Positions 29,573-32,000 of a DNA stretch of 32,000 nucleotides are shown one piece after another. Every line of letters begins with the position of its first letter. Position 1 is the first letter of the stretch. This stretch comes from Vibrio vulnificus CMCP6 (GTDB lineage: Bacteria > Pseudomonadota > Gammaproteobacteria > Enterobacterales > Vibrionaceae). The position numbers and the translations under genes were made by a program. Below the pieces are notes generated by a model. That model was not told where the DNA came from. It saw nothing but the letters and a program-made list of their open reading frames with translations, and made no database searches. The stretch is from the NCBI RefSeq assembly GCF_000039765.1, contig NC_004459.3, positions 180,001 to 212,000 on the forward strand. Reading direction: 5' to 3'.

Positions 29573-31489
29573 CTATCTCAATTGCAAAATGGTGTTAAAG
29601 GTGTCATTGGCCGCCTGCATAATGCGTGACGAAGCCATATAAGCTTGCTGGAAACGCATCATGTTTGCCGCCTCTTCATCGAGGTTAACACCTGAAATCG
29701 ACGCGATGCGTTCTTGAGCGGCTTCATTCTCATGCTGAGCAATATTGGCCAATCGCGTTGCGGTGGAATTGCGCAATCCCACATTGGTATTCAAGTTATG
29801 ATAAACATCTATGATGGTGGATTGATTACCATCCATCTTTTTATCCAATTGAATTTGCTGCATTTTACGCAAGTTACCGTTATCACCTTCAGACGGAACA
29901 AGGTTGGCGGTAAACTTGTCGTTTGCCCACGCGCCAGCGGTCAATTCAAAGACGGTCTCTTTACCCTCTTTATAACTGGGATGCGATGATGGCAAAGTCA
30001 CTGAAACCGGACCTTTGGGTGGATAAGGTTCCGGGCTTCGTACCACATTGCCTTTAGTATCAATCACCGCAAACTGATCGCCTTGGGGTGACACAATCAC
30101 TTCAAACTCGCGCAAATCACCCGCGGCCAAAATGTTAAATTGAGCGGTTCCTTGAGCAAAACTGGTGGAGGCTTCATAGCTTTGTGCGGCAATCATACTC
30201 GCATCATTCGTTGCGACTTGCATTTGCGCGGCCGAGTTACGCGTTGGGCGTAATAAGATTTTTTCGCCCGCTTTGGGCTCATTTCTCACTTCAACACGCA
30301 TACCATCCATGTAAAACGCAGACTTAGCTGAATCTAAAGAGACGGAGACCGTTTCGCCCGATGGCTTGGTCACTGTATAGTTACTGCCGTCATAACGAAG
30401 CGCATATTCACCACCTTTGAGCGACGCTAAATCGTTAATAAAAACGGCCACTTCGGCTTGCGAATCTGGCGCCGTCACGGCTCTTGATTTGGCGATCACC
30501 TCGGCATTTACATCGGTAAAAATCACACCACCAATATTGCCGCGTAAATCCAGACCTTGTTTTTGCAGCTTGTTCACTTCATCAGAAAATCCGGCTGCCA
30601 TGCGGCCAAGTTCATCCATCACATAGGGGATTTGGTTGTCACGCATGTCAAGCATGGCGCCGAGTTTGCCGTCTAGACCAACGCTTTTAATCGGTTTTAA
30701 TGACTTTCCTTCGTAGATCGCTAGGCGACGTTGATGAACGTCTGGGTAGCCATCAATCATCTTAAGTTGGCTTGCTTCCGTGCCTGAGACGAGCGTATGG
30801 CCATTGCCGATATGCACGTTAAAACCTTCCGCGTTTTTCCGCGGAGTCACGGTCACTTTAGTGTATTCAGAAAGCTCTTTGACCAGCTTTTCGTGTTGGT
30901 CCATCAAATCGTTATGAGGACCAGGCGTGCGCATCATCAAGCGGTGAATATCACGGATTTCAACCGCAATCTGGTTGATACGCTCTATACCCATATCGAG
31001 TTTTTTATTGGTGACATCGTATTGCTGACGAATGGTTTCATGAAAGCCATTAACGGTTTCACTGATGATTCGCGCTTTTTCCAGTAGAACTTTTCGCGCG
31101 CCAATATCGTTTGGGCTGTCCGCCAAGGTTTTTAGCGCATCGAACCATTCATTAAGATTTTCAGGAATTTTTTTCGACGCAACAGAAGAAAGCATGCTTG
31201 AAAGCATTTCTAAGTTCGCTTCGACATCCCCTTTGTTGGCAAAGTTGGTGGTGGAAAGATTAAGCTCATTAACGGCAAATTGGTCCCAAGAGCGGCGAAC
31301 ATTTTCCACATGCACGCCCATACCGTAGGTAGAACCACCAAACTGACGGGGATCATTGGTCGCTTGAATGACCGACTGACGGCTATAACCTTCTGTATTT
31401 ACGTTAGAAATGTTATGACCGGTAGTATTTAATTGTCTCTGAGCTGTCAGTACGCTCTGAGTACCTACATTCAGAAGATCCGACGCCAT
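29573..31489 (-). CDS. flgK: flagellar hook-associated protein FlgK
   Basis: 638 aa with MASDLLNVGTQSVLTAQRQLNTTGHNISNVNTEGYSRQ and the C-terminal VNLDEEAANMMRFQQAYMASSRIMQAANDTFNTILQLR. Confidence 0.93.
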   Translation of the reverse strand: MASDLLNVGTQSVLTAQRQLNTTGHNISNVNTEGYSRQSVIQATNDPRQFGGSTYGMGVHVENVRRSWDQFAVNELNLSTTNFANKGDVEANLEMLSSMLSSVASKKIPENLNEWFDALKTLADSPNDIGARKVLLEKARIISETVNGFHETIRQQYDVTNKKLDMGIERINQIAVEIRDIHRLMMRTPGPHNDLMDQHEKLVKELSEYTKVTVTPRKNAEGFNVHIGNGHTLVSGTEASQLKMIDGYPDVHQRRLAIYEGKSLKPIKSVGLDGKLGAMLDMRDNQIPYVMDELGRMAAGFSDEVNKLQKQGLDLRGNIGGVIFTDVNAEVIAKSRAVTAPDSQAEVAVFINDLASLKGGEYALRYDGSNYTVTKPSGETVSVSLDSAKSAFYMDGMRVEVRNEPKAGEKILLRPTRNSAAQMQVATNDASMIAAQSYEASTSFAQGTAQFNILAAGDLREFEVIVSPQGDQFAVIDTKGNVVRSPEPYPPKGPVSVTLPSSHPSYKEGKETVFELTAGAWANDKFTANLVPSEGDNGNLRKMQQIQLDKKMDGNQSTIIDVYHNLNTNVGLRNSTATRLANIAQHENEAAQERIASISGVNLDEEAANMMRFQQAYMASSRIMQAANDTFNTILQLR

Positions 31490-31544
31490 AATGCCCCCAA
31501 AAACTCAATCAAATCAGTAAAAACTGATCACCTGACGGTAAAAA

Positions 31545-31560
31545 TGCAAAAGATATGCCA
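31545..31560 (-). promoter_or_regulatory. sigma54 promoter for flgKL
   Basis: Minus strand reads TGGCAT-ATCTT-TTGCA, a full match to the TGGCAC-N5-TTGCA spacing and core, about 55 nt upstream of ATG 31489. Confidence 0.8.
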
Positions 31561-31607
31561 ACAAAAACACATGACTGATATAGAAAGGATTTAAGGGTTA
31601 AGGAAGG

Positions 31608-31639
31608 GTAAAAAAACGGCCTATTTTTAGTAGGCCGTT
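31608..31639 (-). terminator. terminator after flgJ
   Basis: Minus strand, perfect 9-bp stem AACGGCCTA-CTAAAAA-TAGGCCGTT followed by TTTTTACCC. Confidence 0.8.
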
Positions 31640-31645
31640 GGGAGA

Positions 31646-32000
31646 TTACATGTTGTCGATACGTTGCTGCACTTTGAGCACTTTGTCGGCGTATTCAGGA
31701 TCCGTCGCATAACCTGCACGATGAATACCGCGAATAAAGCTTTCAGAATCGCCATTGTGCTGAAGTGCGGTCTGATAACGCGGATTGTTATTTAAAAACG
31801 CTACGTAATCATTAAAGCTGTCGGCAAACGAATCGTATGAACGAAACGCTGCCGTTTCCTTCACTGGCGTATTGTCGTGGAACTCTAAAGTTTGCGTAGT
31901 AACTTTGTCACCCGCCCAACTGCGATCCGCTTTGATGTTGAAGAGGTTATTGCTGCTGCCACGAGCATTTTTCACCACTTTCTGCCCCCAGCCTGTTTCC
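31646..32000 (-). CDS. flgJ: flagellar peptidoglycan hydrolase FlgJ, C-terminal part (5' end outside window)
   Basis: Open to the window edge. The glucosaminidase-domain tail reads NLFNIKA...FRSYDSFADSFNDYVAFLNNNPRYQTAL...IHRAGYATDPEYADKVLKV. Confidence 0.85.
   Translation of the reverse strand, partial: ETGWGQKVVKNARGSSNNLFNIKADRSWAGDKVTTQTLEFHDNTPVKETAAFRSYDSFADSFNDYVAFLNNNPRYQTALQHNGDSESFIRGIHRAGYATDPEYADKVLKVQQRIDNM

Overview
Conserved chromosomal backbone of a non-cholerae Vibrio, judged from the ToxR/ToxS sequences and gene order. I found no rRNA, tRNA, CRISPR, integrase, transposase or other mobile-element signature. Gene order: adk (cut at the left edge), htpG, divergent toxRS, a TauE-type permease with a small Rdx/SelW-like CxxC protein, then a minus-strand cluster (two paralogous DUF1538-like membrane proteins, a P-II-fold protein, a CBS-pair protein, yfcE phosphodiesterase). 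Next come yfcH, ybbO, cnoX(ybbN), qmcA-ybbJ, a DUF2799-like lipoprotein, an OprD-like porin, ligA, zipA, cysZ, cysK, ptsH-ptsI-crr. The PTS operon abuts the polar flagellar region: three tandem flagellin genes, flgL, flgK and the 3' end of flgJ (cut at the right edge). Most worth a second look: (1) the translationally coupled membrane-pair/P-II/CBS(/YfcE) cluster, which looks like an uncharacterised nucleotide-gated transporter; (2) cysK is broken in this sequence by a 1-nt insertion in a G run and also has Leu at a normally invariant Pro; (3) the flagellin array has three different promoter situations (sigma54-like, sigma28, none recognisable), with direct repeats and palindromes around the sigma54 promoters and an unusually long terminated 3' region after the first flagellin; (4) a strong orphan terminator about 200 nt downstream of ybbO. 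All family assignments come from reading the translations and from recall, since no searches could be run. Several ORF-track starts were moved to internal starts that have ribosome-binding sites.
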